Assembly: GCA_934613415.1 (NCBI GenBank)
Contig: CAKTSY010000002.1
Location: forward strand, 180,001 to 212,000
Direction: 5' to 3'
Source of the DNA: an uncultured Opitutales bacterium
GTDB taxonomy: Bacteria > Verrucomicrobiota > Verrucomicrobiia > Opitutales > Intestinicryptomonadaceae
DNA length: 32,000 nucleotides
Below, in pieces: positions 9,632 to 19,109 of the stretch. Positions within the stretch are counted from its first letter, which is position 1; the number at the start of each line of letters is the position of its first letter. The translations under genes and the position numbers were made by a program. A model generated the notes under the pieces. The model was not told the origin of the DNA, did no database searches, and saw only the letters and a program-made list of their open reading frames with translations.

Positions 9632-10552
9632 ATGACAAAAGAACGCATAAAAGGGCACATTTGCGTATTAACTGCAAATACAATTTTCGGGGTATTTATT
9701 CCCGTTTCAAAATATCTTATGGGCGGGCACATTTCGCCTATGACACTTACAATGTTCAGGGTGTTGGGGGCTGCCATGCTTTTTTGGACGGCGTCGCTTT
9801 TTGTTGAAAAGCAAAAAACCGACATAAAAACGCTGGCTTGGTTTTTCTTTTTTGCGCTTACGGGCGTTGTGCTAAATCAGGGGCTTTTTATTTTTGCATT
9901 GGGGCATACTTCGCCCATAGACGCCTCTGTAATATTAACTGCAACTCCGTTTGCGGCTTTGTTTATTTCGGCATTTTATTTAAAAGACCCCGTAACGGCG
10001 CGCAAGCTTTTGGGCATTGGCATTGGCGCAATAGGCGCGGTTTGGCTTATCACTACGGCGGCAGGCAAGGCTTCGGGCAACTCAAGCTCGGTTTTTGGCG
10101 ATTTAACCGTGCTATTTACTACAATGTGCGCTGCAACCTATTTTGTAACGTCTAAGCCCTATGCGAAAATATATTCGCCCATTACAATGATGAAATGGAT
10201 GTTCACATTTTCGGCAATTATGTTTGCTCCGTTTTTTATTGCCTATTGCCCGCAAGATGCCGAAAAGATTGCAAAGCTTGCCATTTGCGACTGGGCGGGC
10301 GTTTTGTATGTTGTAGTGGCAGCCACCTTTATTTCGTATCTGCTGCTGCCCATGGGCATTAAAAGAATGAGGCCTGCAACGGTTGCAATGTATATTTATG
10401 TGCAGCCAATAGTATCGTCGGTTGTGGCGGTAGTGGTAGGGCAGGATACGTTTTCGTGGGGCAAGCTTTTTGCGTCGGTTTTGGTATTTTTGGGCGTATA
10501 TATAGTTACAACTTCGCCGCAGACAAAAATTGTAGAACAAAACAAACAATAG
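9632..10552 (+). CDS. EamA/DMT-superfamily transporter
   Basis: 306 aa with about 10 hydrophobic segments in two similar halves. This is typical EamA-repeat architecture. Confidence 0.8.
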   Translation: MTKERIKGHICVLTANTIFGVFIPVSKYLMGGHISPMTLTMFRVLGAAMLFWTASLFVEKQKTDIKTLAWFFFFALTGVVLNQGLFIFALGHTSPIDASVILTATPFAALFISAFYLKDPVTARKLLGIGIGAIGAVWLITTAAGKASGNSSSVFGDLTVLFTTMCAATYFVTSKPYAKIYSPITMMKWMFTFSAIMFAPFFIAYCPQDAEKIAKLAICDWAGVLYVVVAATFISYLLLPMGIKRMRPATVAMYIYVQPIVSSVVAVVVGQDTFSWGKLFASVLVFLGVYIVTTSPQTKIVEQNKQ

Positions 10553-10591
10553 GGTGTCTTTTATATTTTACCGATATAAACAAAAACTTAT

Positions 10592-10978
10592 ATGAAAAAA
10601 TTTACCGCAATATTTTCGATTTTTGTTGCCTGCTTGCTGTTTTTGCCGGCGTGTGCCGGCAGCGCGCAACTGCAGCTAGACAACAACATAAGCTTTGCCA
10701 AATGCAAAAAGGGCGACACTGTAAAAATTACATTAGACGGCAATCCATCTACGGGCTACCAGTGGGATTTCGAAAATGAAGCCCCCTACATTGTAGAGCT
10801 TGAAAGCGAAAATTACGTTTCGCAAAACAACAACCTTATGGGGGCTCCCGCAAGGCAGGTCTTTGTATTTTCGGCAAGGAAAGCCGGTAAAAGCACAATT
10901 ACATTTAAGTATCGCCGCCCGTGGGAAAAGGCGCAAAAGCCGCTTTCGGAAATTGTATATACAATTATTGTAGAGTAG
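10592..10978 (+). CDS. Chagasin-family (I42) cysteine-peptidase inhibitor lipoprotein
   Basis: Lipobox-type signal (LLFLPACAGS). The chagasin signature loop GNPSTGYQWDF (NPTTGY.W motif) is present. The small beta-rich 128-aa size also fits. Confidence 0.75.
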   Translation: MKKFTAIFSIFVACLLFLPACAGSAQLQLDNNISFAKCKKGDTVKITLDGNPSTGYQWDFENEAPYIVELESENYVSQNNNLMGAPARQVFVFSARKAGKSTITFKYRRPWEKAQKPLSEIVYTIIVE

Positions 10979-10984
10979 CTTGTG

Positions 10985-11455
10985 TTATTCGCCGTCTATT
11001 TCTTCGGCAATTTTGCCGCTTAAAATTTGCTCTTTTGCAATTTCGGCTGCGTTTTGCACAATTGCCAAACACGGCCTTGTTTTGTAGTATTGGGCGTCTC
11101 TGCTTTGCGGGGTTGGCGACAAATTTTCGCCTTCTTTTAGCTTTAAAAGCTCCGCGCAAATAATAGAGCCGTTTTTCTCTTTAAAAATTTCGGCAAGCTT
11201 TTGGGTTATTTGGTATATGCACTTTTTATTTTCGGGCGTGTCGTTTTTAGAAAACTTTAGGCCTGCCAGCATTGCCAATGCCGAAAACGCTCCGCACACA
11301 TTGCGCATACGCCCTACGCCTGCGCCAAGTGCAATAGACAGCTTTTTTGCCGTTTCTTCGTCTATATTAAGTTGCTGGGCAAAAGGCACAAAAACCGATT
11401 GCGCGCAATTTAACCCGTCAGTAAACAAGCTTGCCGAATCTTTCATATAAAACAA
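10985..11455 (-). CDS. C_GCAxxG_C_C family protein
   Basis: The ordered family cysteines are visible: GLNCAQSV, VCGAFSA (GCAxxG-like), IICAELL, TRPC. The gene is convergent with the inhibitor gene. Confidence 0.75.
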   Translation of the reverse strand: MFYMKDSASLFTDGLNCAQSVFVPFAQQLNIDEETAKKLSIALGAGVGRMRNVCGAFSALAMLAGLKFSKNDTPENKKCIYQITQKLAEIFKEKNGSIICAELLKLKEGENLSPTPQSRDAQYYKTRPCLAIVQNAAEIAKEQILSGKIAEEIDGE

Positions 11456-11538
11456 AGCCTATAAAAAATTTTTCAAAAATAAACAAAAAAAGCTTGCAAT
11501 AAAAAAAGTAGGGGGTATGTTTGTTGTCTTTAATTGAT

Positions 11539-11610
11539 GGATCATTAGCTCAATGGTAGAGCAGTTGCCTTTTAAGCAATTGGTTCCGAGTTCGAGTCTC
11601 GGATGATCCA
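11539..11610 (+). tRNA. tRNA-Lys (anticodon TTT)
   Basis: Hand-folded cloverleaf. Acceptor GGATCAT/ATGATCC, D arm GCTC-AATGGTA-GAGC, anticodon arm GTTGC-CTTTTAA-GCAAT, T arm CCGAG-TTCGAGT-CTCGG. No CCA is encoded. Confidence 0.85.
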
Positions 11611-11630
11611 CATTTTTTTACATAGCGCGG

Positions 11631-11707
11631 GCGCCCATAGCTTAATTGGATTGAGCTTCTGACTACGGATCAGACGGTTGCAGGTTCGACTCCTGCTGGG
11701 CGCGCCA
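11631..11707 (+). tRNA. tRNA-Arg (anticodon ACG)
   Basis: Hand-folded cloverleaf. Acceptor GCGCCCA/TGGGCGC, anticodon arm TCTGA-CTACGGA-TCAGA, T arm GCAGG-TTCGACT-CCTGC. CCA is encoded. Confidence 0.9.
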
Positions 11708-11765
11708 CGCTTTTTTTATGTCTAAATGTCGGTTGGCTTCGTTTTGGCGTTGTTTGCAGTGCCGC

Positions 11766-12380
11766 CTAGTGATGTTTGTTTTTGCGGCAGGCGTCTAAAT
11801 ATTCTTCGGCCTGGCCGGTTTTAACATCTTTGCACTTTAAAACCAAAAATACGGTTGTTGCGGCAATTTTTAGGTCGTTTAAAAAGCTTACGTTTTTTGC
11901 ATATTCAACGTCTAAAGCAAGTTTTTCGTCCCACGAAAGGTTGTTGCGGCCGCTTGTTTGGGCGAGGCCCGTAATGCCGCCTTTTACCGTGTGCCTAAGG
12001 TGTTCGGTGTTTGTGTAGTACGGCAAATAGCGCGGCAAAAGCGGGCGCGGGCCCACAAAAGACATATCGCCCTTTAAAACGTTAAAAAGCTGCAAAAGTT
12101 CGTCTAGGCTGCTCTTGCGCAAAAATTTGCCCAAAGCGGTAATTCGCTGTGCGTCGTTGGGCGCGTTTTCGCCTTCGGGCGGCGTGTTTAGCATTGTTCT
12201 AAATTTATATAGGTAAAAGGGCTTTTCGCCTTTGCCTATGCGCTTTTGCTTAAACACAACGGGCCTTCCCATAAAAAGCAAAATGGCGCAGGCAATAATA
12301 AGCATAACAGGGCAAAGCAGCACCGTTAAAAACAATGCTCCGCAAAAGTCTAGCACGCGCTTAATATATGGGTTGTACAT
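11766..12380 (-). CDS. Polyprenyl-phosphate sugar phosphotransferase (small bacterial sugar transferase, PglC/WbaP C-terminal type)
   Basis: One N-terminal membrane helix, then family blocks VFKQKRIGKGEKPFYLYKFRTM and GDMSFVGPRPLLP. Confidence 0.85.
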   Translation of the reverse strand: MYNPYIKRVLDFCGALFLTVLLCPVMLIIACAILLFMGRPVVFKQKRIGKGEKPFYLYKFRTMLNTPPEGENAPNDAQRITALGKFLRKSSLDELLQLFNVLKGDMSFVGPRPLLPRYLPYYTNTEHLRHTVKGGITGLAQTSGRNNLSWDEKLALDVEYAKNVSFLNDLKIAATTVFLVLKCKDVKTGQAEEYLDACRKNKHH

Positions 12381-12443
12381 TTTTTATATGCAACCTAAAA
12401 AGCGCGGGCGTGTCAACCGCATAAGGGCAAACTCTTTTGCACT

Positions 12444-13982
12444 TTACGCGCCAAGCATTTGCTTTAGGTCGCTTTTCGGGTTGCCTGTTGGCTTTACCGC
12501 AAAGTTGTCTACCAAAACTTTAAGTATTTCGGGCGACAAAAACGCGGGCAAGCTAGGCCCTAAATATATGTTTCTTATTCCCAAGCTAAGCAGCGTAAGC
12601 AAAACGCAAACCGCCTTTTGTTCGTACCACGAAAGCACAAAGGAAAGTGGCAGGTCGTTTACCGTGCACTTAAAAGCCTTTGCAAGGGCGCTTGCCACAA
12701 CAATTGCGCTATAAGCGTCGTTGCACTGCCCCATATCCAAAAGGCGCGGAATGCCGTTTATGTCGCCAAAATCAATGTCGTTAAAGCGGTATTTGCCGCA
12801 TGCCAATGTCAATATAATGCAGTTTTTAGGCACGCTTTCGGCAAATTCGGTGTAGTAGTTGCGCCCAGTTTTTGCGCCGTCGCAACCGCCAACTAAAAAT
12901 ATGTGTTTAATGTCGCCGTCTTTTATGGCTTTACATATAAGCTCGGCATTTTTTAAAACGTTTTTGTGCCCAAAGCCGGTTGTTAGCACAGTGCCGCCGT
13001 TAATGCCTTTAATTGTAGTGTTGTGCTCGTAGCCTTTAAGCTGCAATGCTTTTTCTATAACAGGGCCAAAATCTTTGTCGCTGCCAATATGTCTGCACTC
13101 GGGAAATTCTACAACCGACGTTGTAAACGCCCTGTCTTTATACGAATCTTTTACGGGCATAATGCAATTTGTAGTCCACAAAATTGCGGCGGGAACATTG
13201 TGGAATTCCTTTTGCTGATTTTGCCAGGCCGTGCCGAAATTGCCCTTTAGGTGTTTGTATTTTTTTAGTTTGGGGTATGCGTGGCACGGCAGCATTTCGC
13301 CGTGGGTGTATATATTTACGCCCTTGTTTTCGCTTTGCTTTAGCAAAAGCTCCAAATCGTGCAAATCGTGGCCGCTTACAATTATAAAAGGTCCTTTTTC
13401 TATGGTGGTATTAACTTTTGTGGGAATGGGGTCTTCGTAGGTTTTTGTGTTGGCTACGTCTAAAAGTTCCATACATTTTAGGTTTACTTCGCCGGTCTTT
13501 AGCACGCATTTTAAAAGGGCGTTTTTGTCGCTTTCGCAGGCAACGATTTTTAGCGCTTCGTAAAAAAATGCGTCTACCAATTCGTCTTTATAGCCTAAAA
13601 CCCGCGCGTGGTGCGCATAGGCTGCCATTCCCTTTAGCCCGAAAAGAATAAGCGATTTTAAACTTCTTTCGTCTTCGCCGGCATTCCAAATATGGCTTAA
13701 ATTAAATGGGGCGTTAGGGGCAATTTTTGCCAGAACTTTTTCCAAAAAGTCTTTTATGGATTTTTCCGAAAAATTTACATTTGTTATGCTGGCGAATAGG
13801 GCTTCTATAATCAGGACTGTGTTTTGCTCGCTTGGCTTTGCCGTTTTTGCAAGCGCAATTATTGCGCCAATAAGCGAGTCTTGCAAATTTGCAACTTCGG
13901 GGCTTTTGCCGCATACACCTCTAATTTTGCAGCCTTTGCCGAAAGCAGTTTGCTCGCACTGAAAACAAAACATTTTATCCAT
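12444..13982 (-). CDS. hcp: Hybrid cluster protein (hydroxylamine reductase)
   Basis: The N-terminal cysteine cluster MFCFQCEQTAFGKGCKIRGVCGK is present. Downstream Hcp blocks follow (VSGHDLHDLELLL, IYTHGEMLP, LVGGCDG, MGQCNDAYS). The true start may be the second ATG at 13973. Confidence 0.92.
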   Translation of the reverse strand: MDKMFCFQCEQTAFGKGCKIRGVCGKSPEVANLQDSLIGAIIALAKTAKPSEQNTVLIIEALFASITNVNFSEKSIKDFLEKVLAKIAPNAPFNLSHIWNAGEDERSLKSLILFGLKGMAAYAHHARVLGYKDELVDAFFYEALKIVACESDKNALLKCVLKTGEVNLKCMELLDVANTKTYEDPIPTKVNTTIEKGPFIIVSGHDLHDLELLLKQSENKGVNIYTHGEMLPCHAYPKLKKYKHLKGNFGTAWQNQQKEFHNVPAAILWTTNCIMPVKDSYKDRAFTTSVVEFPECRHIGSDKDFGPVIEKALQLKGYEHNTTIKGINGGTVLTTGFGHKNVLKNAELICKAIKDGDIKHIFLVGGCDGAKTGRNYYTEFAESVPKNCIILTLACGKYRFNDIDFGDINGIPRLLDMGQCNDAYSAIVVASALAKAFKCTVNDLPLSFVLSWYEQKAVCVLLTLLSLGIRNIYLGPSLPAFLSPEILKVLVDNFAVKPTGNPKSDLKQMLGA

Positions 13983-14370
13983 AACAATTCCTTTGTTTGT
14001 AAAGTTGTAAAAAAATCGGGCAAAACGCCGCGCATAAATTTTAAATCGGCAAAACGCAAAAAAGCTTTAAAACACAGTCATTTTTGTTTTGTTAAGGGGC
14101 ATGATGTAAAGTTTTTTATCGTTTCTCGCCGAAAGAGAGTAGAAATATGAATAGGTTTAGCTTTTATTTTTGATGGATGTATTATGAAAAAGTTTTGTTT
14201 TGTTATAAATAACGTTTGTTATTGTTGTATCGTTGATTGATGATATTTTATTGTTTAAATATGCTTTAAAACTTGACATTATAAAAACTACAATAATCAT
14301 TTAATAGTTGTGCAATTTTATAAATTGATAAAATGTAAAACAGTGTTAACAATAAAAGAAAGTTATTAAA

Positions 14371-14760
14371 ATGATAAATAAAAATAGAGCAGTATGGATA
14401 GGTATAATTGCAGTGTTGATGCTTATCTCTCGTGCCTTTGCATTGGATGGGTGTCCGCAGAGCAATCATTTCCTTGGGCGTGGGCATACTATAAAAAACG
14501 GAGAATGTACTAAATCAAATTCGTGGTATAGAAAAATTTTTATACTGTATTTTACCCACGCAAGATGTGATGTAAATCCTTCAAAAGGGGTGCATTGTTC
14601 GTTAATTCCTCAAAAATTCACAAGAGAAACGGTCGAATACTATGGAGGGAATGGATGTAGTGGTAGTAGTAGTGTTGTTTCATCCTCGGAAGTATACATT
14701 TATGTGCTTAATATAGGGCCATGCAATTATACAACTAAAGACGAAGACAAAGGAGCATAA
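14371..14760 (+). CDS. Hypothetical small secreted cysteine-containing protein
   Basis: 129-aa ORF in a markedly AT-rich stretch. It has a signal peptide (VWIGIIAVLMLISRAFA) and six Cys in the mature part. The stop lies 2 nt before the next start. I recognise no family. Confidence 0.5.
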   Translation: MINKNRAVWIGIIAVLMLISRAFALDGCPQSNHFLGRGHTIKNGECTKSNSWYRKIFILYFTHARCDVNPSKGVHCSLIPQKFTRETVEYYGGNGCSGSSSVVSSSEVYIYVLNIGPCNYTTKDEDKGA

Positions 14761-14762
14761 GT

Positions 14763-15683
14763 ATGAAAACTAAAGGATTTTTAGCGGCGTGTTTGTGTGT
14801 TTTTGCTTTTGCCGTTTGTGCGTTGGCAGATATTGGCAAACTTTCTTTAATAGAGAAAATTGCAAATGCAAACTCTGGTTTGTTCGAATCGAAAGGCTTT
14901 CTTGTAAACGAATGTGTGCAGTATACACCAGAGCACTTGAGTTTGCTGAAGAAGAATCCGGATTTTAACGGGCAGTTATTAAAGCGTACCTACAAAATAT
15001 TCAAGAAAGGCGACAACATATTTTTTGAAGAGACAAGAAAAAACGCAAAATCTATAAACACGAGAACTGCGTATATGTCTAAAACCGATATTGCCGTAAT
15101 AGATTCAATAAACGACATTATTTTGATAGACGATATAAAAAATGCCGGCGAATATGGCTCGTATGTTCCAAACCCGCATTTATACAGTGTGTTTTACATA
15201 CTAAAAGATGCCTTGCTTGGAGCGAAGGAGAAATTCGATTTTAAAAGCTCTGAAACCGAATATATTTTTTCGTGGGAAAGCAATGGGCAAAAGAATATGC
15301 TTTTTGTAGACAAAAAAGAATTGAGGGTTGTTAAATTCGAAACATACAACGCAAACGGCGTTTTAACTTGCGAAAACAAAATAGATTATGCTTTAGATAA
15401 AATAACTCAAAAAATAAAATATATAAAAAGCGAAAAAGATTTTGTTGTTTTTAATATAGAGTTGTTTGCCCAAGACGATGCCGAATTTAATCTGCAGCCC
15501 GAAAATTTCGGATACAAATTTGTGTACGACAAACGTTCGGGGCAGTTGCGCGCATATATTGCAGTAGACAATTTGCCCACAAAAATTTTTATAGACGACC
15601 TGTTTGAAAACAAAGACGACGTTTATAGATACAACAAGGAAATGACGCGCTTTGCCCCAGTAATGCGCGAAGGCAAAAAATAG
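14763..15683 (+). CDS. Hypothetical secreted protein
   Basis: 306-aa ORF with a signal peptide (FLAACLCVFAFAVCALA). A GGAG lies upstream of the ATG, and a perfect palindromic terminator follows the gene. I recognise no family. Confidence 0.6.
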   Translation: MKTKGFLAACLCVFAFAVCALADIGKLSLIEKIANANSGLFESKGFLVNECVQYTPEHLSLLKKNPDFNGQLLKRTYKIFKKGDNIFFEETRKNAKSINTRTAYMSKTDIAVIDSINDIILIDDIKNAGEYGSYVPNPHLYSVFYILKDALLGAKEKFDFKSSETEYIFSWESNGQKNMLFVDKKELRVVKFETYNANGVLTCENKIDYALDKITQKIKYIKSEKDFVVFNIELFAQDDAEFNLQPENFGYKFVYDKRSGQLRAYIAVDNLPTKIFIDDLFENKDDVYRYNKEMTRFAPVMREGKK

Positions 15684-15727
15684 ATACCGTTTCTATCCAG
15701 ACAAATAGATAGTGCCGTGTAATTTCT

Positions 15728-15767
15728 GCAAAAAAGAGATTTTGTTTAAACAAAATCTCTTTTTTGC
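15728..15767 (+). terminator. Rho-independent terminator after the 14763-15683 gene
   Basis: Perfect palindrome GCAAAAAAGAGATTTTGTTT/AAACAAAATCTCTTTTTTGC with a T-run on the 3' side. Confidence 0.7.
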
Positions 15768-15842
15768 TAGCCGCTTTGCGCCTATCTTAAAACAACCCAA
15801 TTATAAAAACGAAACCCCAGATTCCGTACAAATTTTAAACAC

Positions 15843-15878
15843 AAAAAAAGGAGCTTTTGAAAACCAAAAGCTCCTTTT
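15843..15878 (-). terminator. Rho-independent terminator downstream of tRNA-Asn
   Basis: 10-bp stem GGAGCTTTTG/CAAAAGCTCC with a 5-nt loop. The A-run on the plus strand gives a U-run on the minus-strand transcript. Confidence 0.7.
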
Positions 15879-15888
15879 AATTTAAAAA

Positions 15889-15963
<75 letters not shown>

Positions 15964-16092
15964 TCACTTTTAAAGCTACACGTTATGCTACATCGTTTTG
16001 CTTTTGTCAATATTTTTTTAAAAATTTTTTGTTTTAATATGTTTTTCGGGAAAATCTCGCCCAATTTGTGGTTGAAAAGTCTGCCAATTTAA

Positions 16093-16644
16093 ATGATATT
16101 TGCCAATGTTATGACTATAGAAGAAACTCTCGAAAAATATCTCGGCAAAAAACCTGTAATAGACGAAACCGCCTATGTTAGCAAGCACGCCGTTTTGATA
16201 GGCGATATAACAATAGGCAAAAACGCCAGCGTTTGGCCTGGCTGCGTGCTTAGGGCCGACATAAACTCTATAGAGCTTGGCGAAAATTCCAACCTGCAAG
16301 ACGGCGTTATGGTTCACTTGGCAAACGATGCCGGCGTAAAAATCGGCAAAAACGTAACGGTTGGCCACGGCGCAATTTTGCATGCATGCGAAGTTAAAGA
16401 CGGCTGCCTTATTGGCATGGGGGCCATTGTGCTCGACAAAGCCGTTATAGGCGAAGGCTCTATTGTGGGCGCAGGCGCATTGGTTACAAAAAACACAATA
16501 GTTCCGCCGCATTCCATGGTGTTGGGCACGCCCGCAAAGGTTGTAAAAACTTTAGACGATGCAGTTTCCGCCTCGCTTACCGATTGGTCGAAAAAATACG
16601 TTATTTTGGCGCAGGCAAACAAAAAGGCCGAGCAAGCCCAATAG
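16093..16644 (+). CDS. Gamma-carbonic-anhydrase-family / left-handed beta-helix (hexapeptide repeat) protein
   Basis: Hexapeptide repeats run throughout (IGDITIGKNASV, IGKNVTVGHGAILH, IGMGAIVL, IGEGSIVGAGALV). A YrdA/PaaY-like His pattern is present (DGVMVHL ... VGHGAILHAC). The start may be the ATG at 16111. Confidence 0.85.
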   Translation: MIFANVMTIEETLEKYLGKKPVIDETAYVSKHAVLIGDITIGKNASVWPGCVLRADINSIELGENSNLQDGVMVHLANDAGVKIGKNVTVGHGAILHACEVKDGCLIGMGAIVLDKAVIGEGSIVGAGALVTKNTIVPPHSMVLGTPAKVVKTLDDAVSASLTDWSKKYVILAQANKKAEQAQ

Positions 16645-16841
16645 ATTGGCAAACAAAAAACCGCAACAAAGGGTGTCTTAAAAAAGGCGCCCTTTTATTT
16701 TTACCAAGGCCGAAAATCCGTGCCTGTTTTATTTTCTCGCATTCTGGCAAAATATGGGCAATACTGGCGACTAATTATATAAATTCGAGTTGCGCTCTCC
16801 AATAGGGCGCGGCCTACAAAACATCAAACAAAAGAAACTAA

Positions 16842-18404
16842 ATGGCTATATCTAAAAAATTGATGGACGAATTGAATAGCCGCAGAGATGCGGCATTGAA
16901 CGCAGGCGGTGCCGAAAAATTGCAGGCGCGCCGCAACAAGGGTCTGCTTACGGCACGCGACAGGCTTGAAAAACTTTTCGATGAAGGTTCCTTTTTGGAA
17001 TTTGGAATGCACGTTAAACACGCCTGCCACAATTTCGGACAGGAAAAGAAGCGCATACCAACCGACGGTGTAGTTACCGGCGTAGGCCTTATAAAGGGAC
17101 GCCAAGTTGCCGCCTTTTGCCAAGATTTTACCGTTTTTGGCGGTTCGCTAGGCTCGCAGCACGCAAAAAAGATTGTAGACTTAATGAAATTTGCGGGCAA
17201 AAACGGCCTGCCTATTATAGGTATGAACGATTCGGGCGGCGCAAGAATTCAAGAGGGCGTAGAATCTTTGGGTGGCTACGGGCAAATTTTTTACCAAAAT
17301 GTGGCGTGTTCTGGCGTTGTTCCGCAAATTGCCATTATTGCGGGCCCCTGCGCCGGGGGTGCAGCCTACAGCCCCGCCCTTACCGACTTTATTATAATGA
17401 CACGCAAAAACGCCGATTTGTTTATATGCGGCCCGCAGGTAATTAAGGCCGCCACTGGCGAAGAAGCCCCGCTAGAAATGTTTGCTACGGCCGACGCGCA
17501 CGCAATGTATTCGGGCAACATACATCTTGTTGCCGAAGACGATGCGCACGCTATAGAGCTTGCCGAAAAGCTGTTGTCGTTTTTGCCTTCTAACAATATG
17601 CAGGAACCCCCGCACGATTTCTCCGTTGCGGTCGAAAAAACCTACGACGAAGCCATAAACAACATTATGCCCGAAAATTCTTCGATGGCATACAATGTTA
17701 AAGACATCATAAACAGGCTTGTAGACAAGGGCGACTTTTTTGAAATTCAGGAAAGCTTTGCAAAAAATATGGTTGTGGGCTTTGCAAGAATTCAGGGTGT
17801 TGTTGTCGGCATAATCGCAAACCAGCCAATGTATAAAGCGGGCTGTGTAGATATAGACGCCTCCGACAAATGCGCAAGGTTTGTGCGTACCTGCAACTCG
17901 TTTAACATACCTTTGGTAACTTTGGTAGACGTTCCCGGCTTTATGCCTGGGCTTGCCCAAGAGCGTGGCGGCATAATTAGGCACGGGGCAAAAGTGCTTT
18001 CGGCATATGCCTCGGCAACGGTGCCAAAAATTACGGTTATAATGCGCAAGGCATATGGGGGGGCCTACATTGCAATGTGCTGCTCCGACTTGGGGGCAGA
18101 TATGGTGTTTGCGTGGCCTACGGCCGAAATCGCGGTTATGGGCGCAAAAGGGGCGGTAAATGTGCTGTATGGCAAAGAGCTTAAGGCAATAGAAAACTCC
18201 GCCGAAAGGGAAAACGCCGCGGCAAAACACCGCGCCGAATATAGCGAAAAGTTCGAAAGCCCCTATCAGGCGGCCGAAAAGGGAATGATAACCGACGTTA
18301 TAGATCCCGCCGAAACAAGGGGCGTTTTGGCTATGGCGTTAAGGGCAACTATCACCAAGCGCGAAACTACAATGCCTAAAAAAGACACAAATATTCCCCT
18401 ATAA
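16842..18404 (+). CDS. Acyl-CoA carboxyltransferase (methylmalonyl-CoA decarboxylase alpha / transcarboxylase 12S / propionyl-CoA carboxylase beta family)
   Basis: 520 aa with typical family sequence: RDRLEKLFDEGSFLEFG, FTVFGGSLG, MNDSGGARIQEG, IAGPCAGGAAYSPALTDF, PLVTLVDVPGFMPG, AYGGAY. Confidence 0.92.
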   Translation: MAISKKLMDELNSRRDAALNAGGAEKLQARRNKGLLTARDRLEKLFDEGSFLEFGMHVKHACHNFGQEKKRIPTDGVVTGVGLIKGRQVAAFCQDFTVFGGSLGSQHAKKIVDLMKFAGKNGLPIIGMNDSGGARIQEGVESLGGYGQIFYQNVACSGVVPQIAIIAGPCAGGAAYSPALTDFIIMTRKNADLFICGPQVIKAATGEEAPLEMFATADAHAMYSGNIHLVAEDDAHAIELAEKLLSFLPSNNMQEPPHDFSVAVEKTYDEAINNIMPENSSMAYNVKDIINRLVDKGDFFEIQESFAKNMVVGFARIQGVVVGIIANQPMYKAGCVDIDASDKCARFVRTCNSFNIPLVTLVDVPGFMPGLAQERGGIIRHGAKVLSAYASATVPKITVIMRKAYGGAYIAMCCSDLGADMVFAWPTAEIAVMGAKGAVNVLYGKELKAIENSAERENAAAKHRAEYSEKFESPYQAAEKGMITDVIDPAETRGVLAMALRATITKRETTMPKKDTNIPL

Positions 18405-18422
18405 TTCTTACATATTTTTACT

Positions 18423-18689
18423 ATGGGTTTTATATCTAAACTATTTTCGCGTTTTGCAAATACTGCTCCCAAAAAGGAGGAGACAAATTTGCACTCGAAC
18501 GACGAAGGCGAACTAAGCGAAGAACTTGTTTCGCTAATAACGGCGGCCGCGCTTTCGGCATTGAAAGACGACCCCGATTTTAAACTTATCCCCGACTTAA
18601 AATACAACGCTCCCGATATGGCATATGCGCAGTCGGGGCGCGCGCAAATTTTTGCGTCGAGAAATTTTACACCCTACCACCGCTATTAA
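18423..18689 (+). CDS. Small hypothetical subunit-like protein of the carboxyltransferase cluster
   Basis: 88-aa ORF packed between the carboxyltransferase and the biotin carrier. It contains an EELVSLITAAALSAL segment, reminiscent of the small gamma/delta/epsilon subunits of biotin-dependent decarboxylases and carboxylases. It has no clear membrane helix. Confidence 0.45.
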   Translation: MGFISKLFSRFANTAPKKEETNLHSNDEGELSEELVSLITAAALSALKDDPDFKLIPDLKYNAPDMAYAQSGRAQIFASRNFTPYHRY

Positions 18690-18698
18690 CGCACGGAA

Positions 18699-19100
18699 AT
18701 GAAATCTTTAAGAATAACAATTAACGGCAAGTCTTTTGATGTAGATGTTGAAGTTTTGCCCGACAAAACCCCTAAAATTGCCCGCATAAAACCCGTTGTA
18801 GCGCAAGCTGCAAAAGCAGTGTCGGCAACGCCTGCTGCAACGCAGCCGGCTCCAGCCAAAGTGGCAAAGCCCGTTGCAAAGGCAGGCGCAAACGATGTTG
18901 CGTGTCCATTGTCGGCAACAATTATTGCAATAAACGTAAAAGTGGGCCAATCCGTAAAGAAGGGCGACCAACTTATAACGCTAGAGGCAATGAAAATGAA
19001 TACATTTGTATATTCTCCCAAAGACGGCGTTATTAAAGCAATTTTGGTGCAAGAGCGCGACAACGTGCCAGAAGGCGCGCCGCTATTGTCTTTTGAATAG
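18699..19100 (+). CDS. Biotin carboxyl carrier / biotinyl-lipoyl domain protein
   Basis: An A/P/K-rich linker is followed by the biotinylation motif LITLEAMKMNTFV (E-A-M-K-M). Confidence 0.88.
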   Translation: MKSLRITINGKSFDVDVEVLPDKTPKIARIKPVVAQAAKAVSATPAATQPAPAKVAKPVAKAGANDVACPLSATIIAINVKVGQSVKKGDQLITLEAMKMNTFVYSPKDGVIKAILVQERDNVPEGAPLLSFE

Positions 19101-19109
19101 AACAAAATT

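Noticed and set aside
12232-12714. 160-aa plus-strand ORF spanning the sugar transferase start, the intergenic gap and the hcp 3' end
   Set aside because: It crosses two well-supported minus-strand genes and their spacer, so it is not plausible as a gene.
16018-16512. 164-aa minus-strand ORF overlapping the gamma-CA-like gene
   Set aside because: The plus strand encodes a textbook hexapeptide-repeat protein. The antisense frame is an artefact of the repeat periodicity.
17472-18230. 252-aa minus-strand ORF antisense to the carboxyltransferase
   Set aside because: It is a Cys/His/Arg/Phe-rich translation with no motifs. The plus-strand frame is an unambiguous carboxyltransferase.
18686-19105. 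139-aa minus-strand ORF opposite the biotin carrier gene
   Set aside because: The plus frame carries the EAMKM biotinylation motif. The antisense frame has none.
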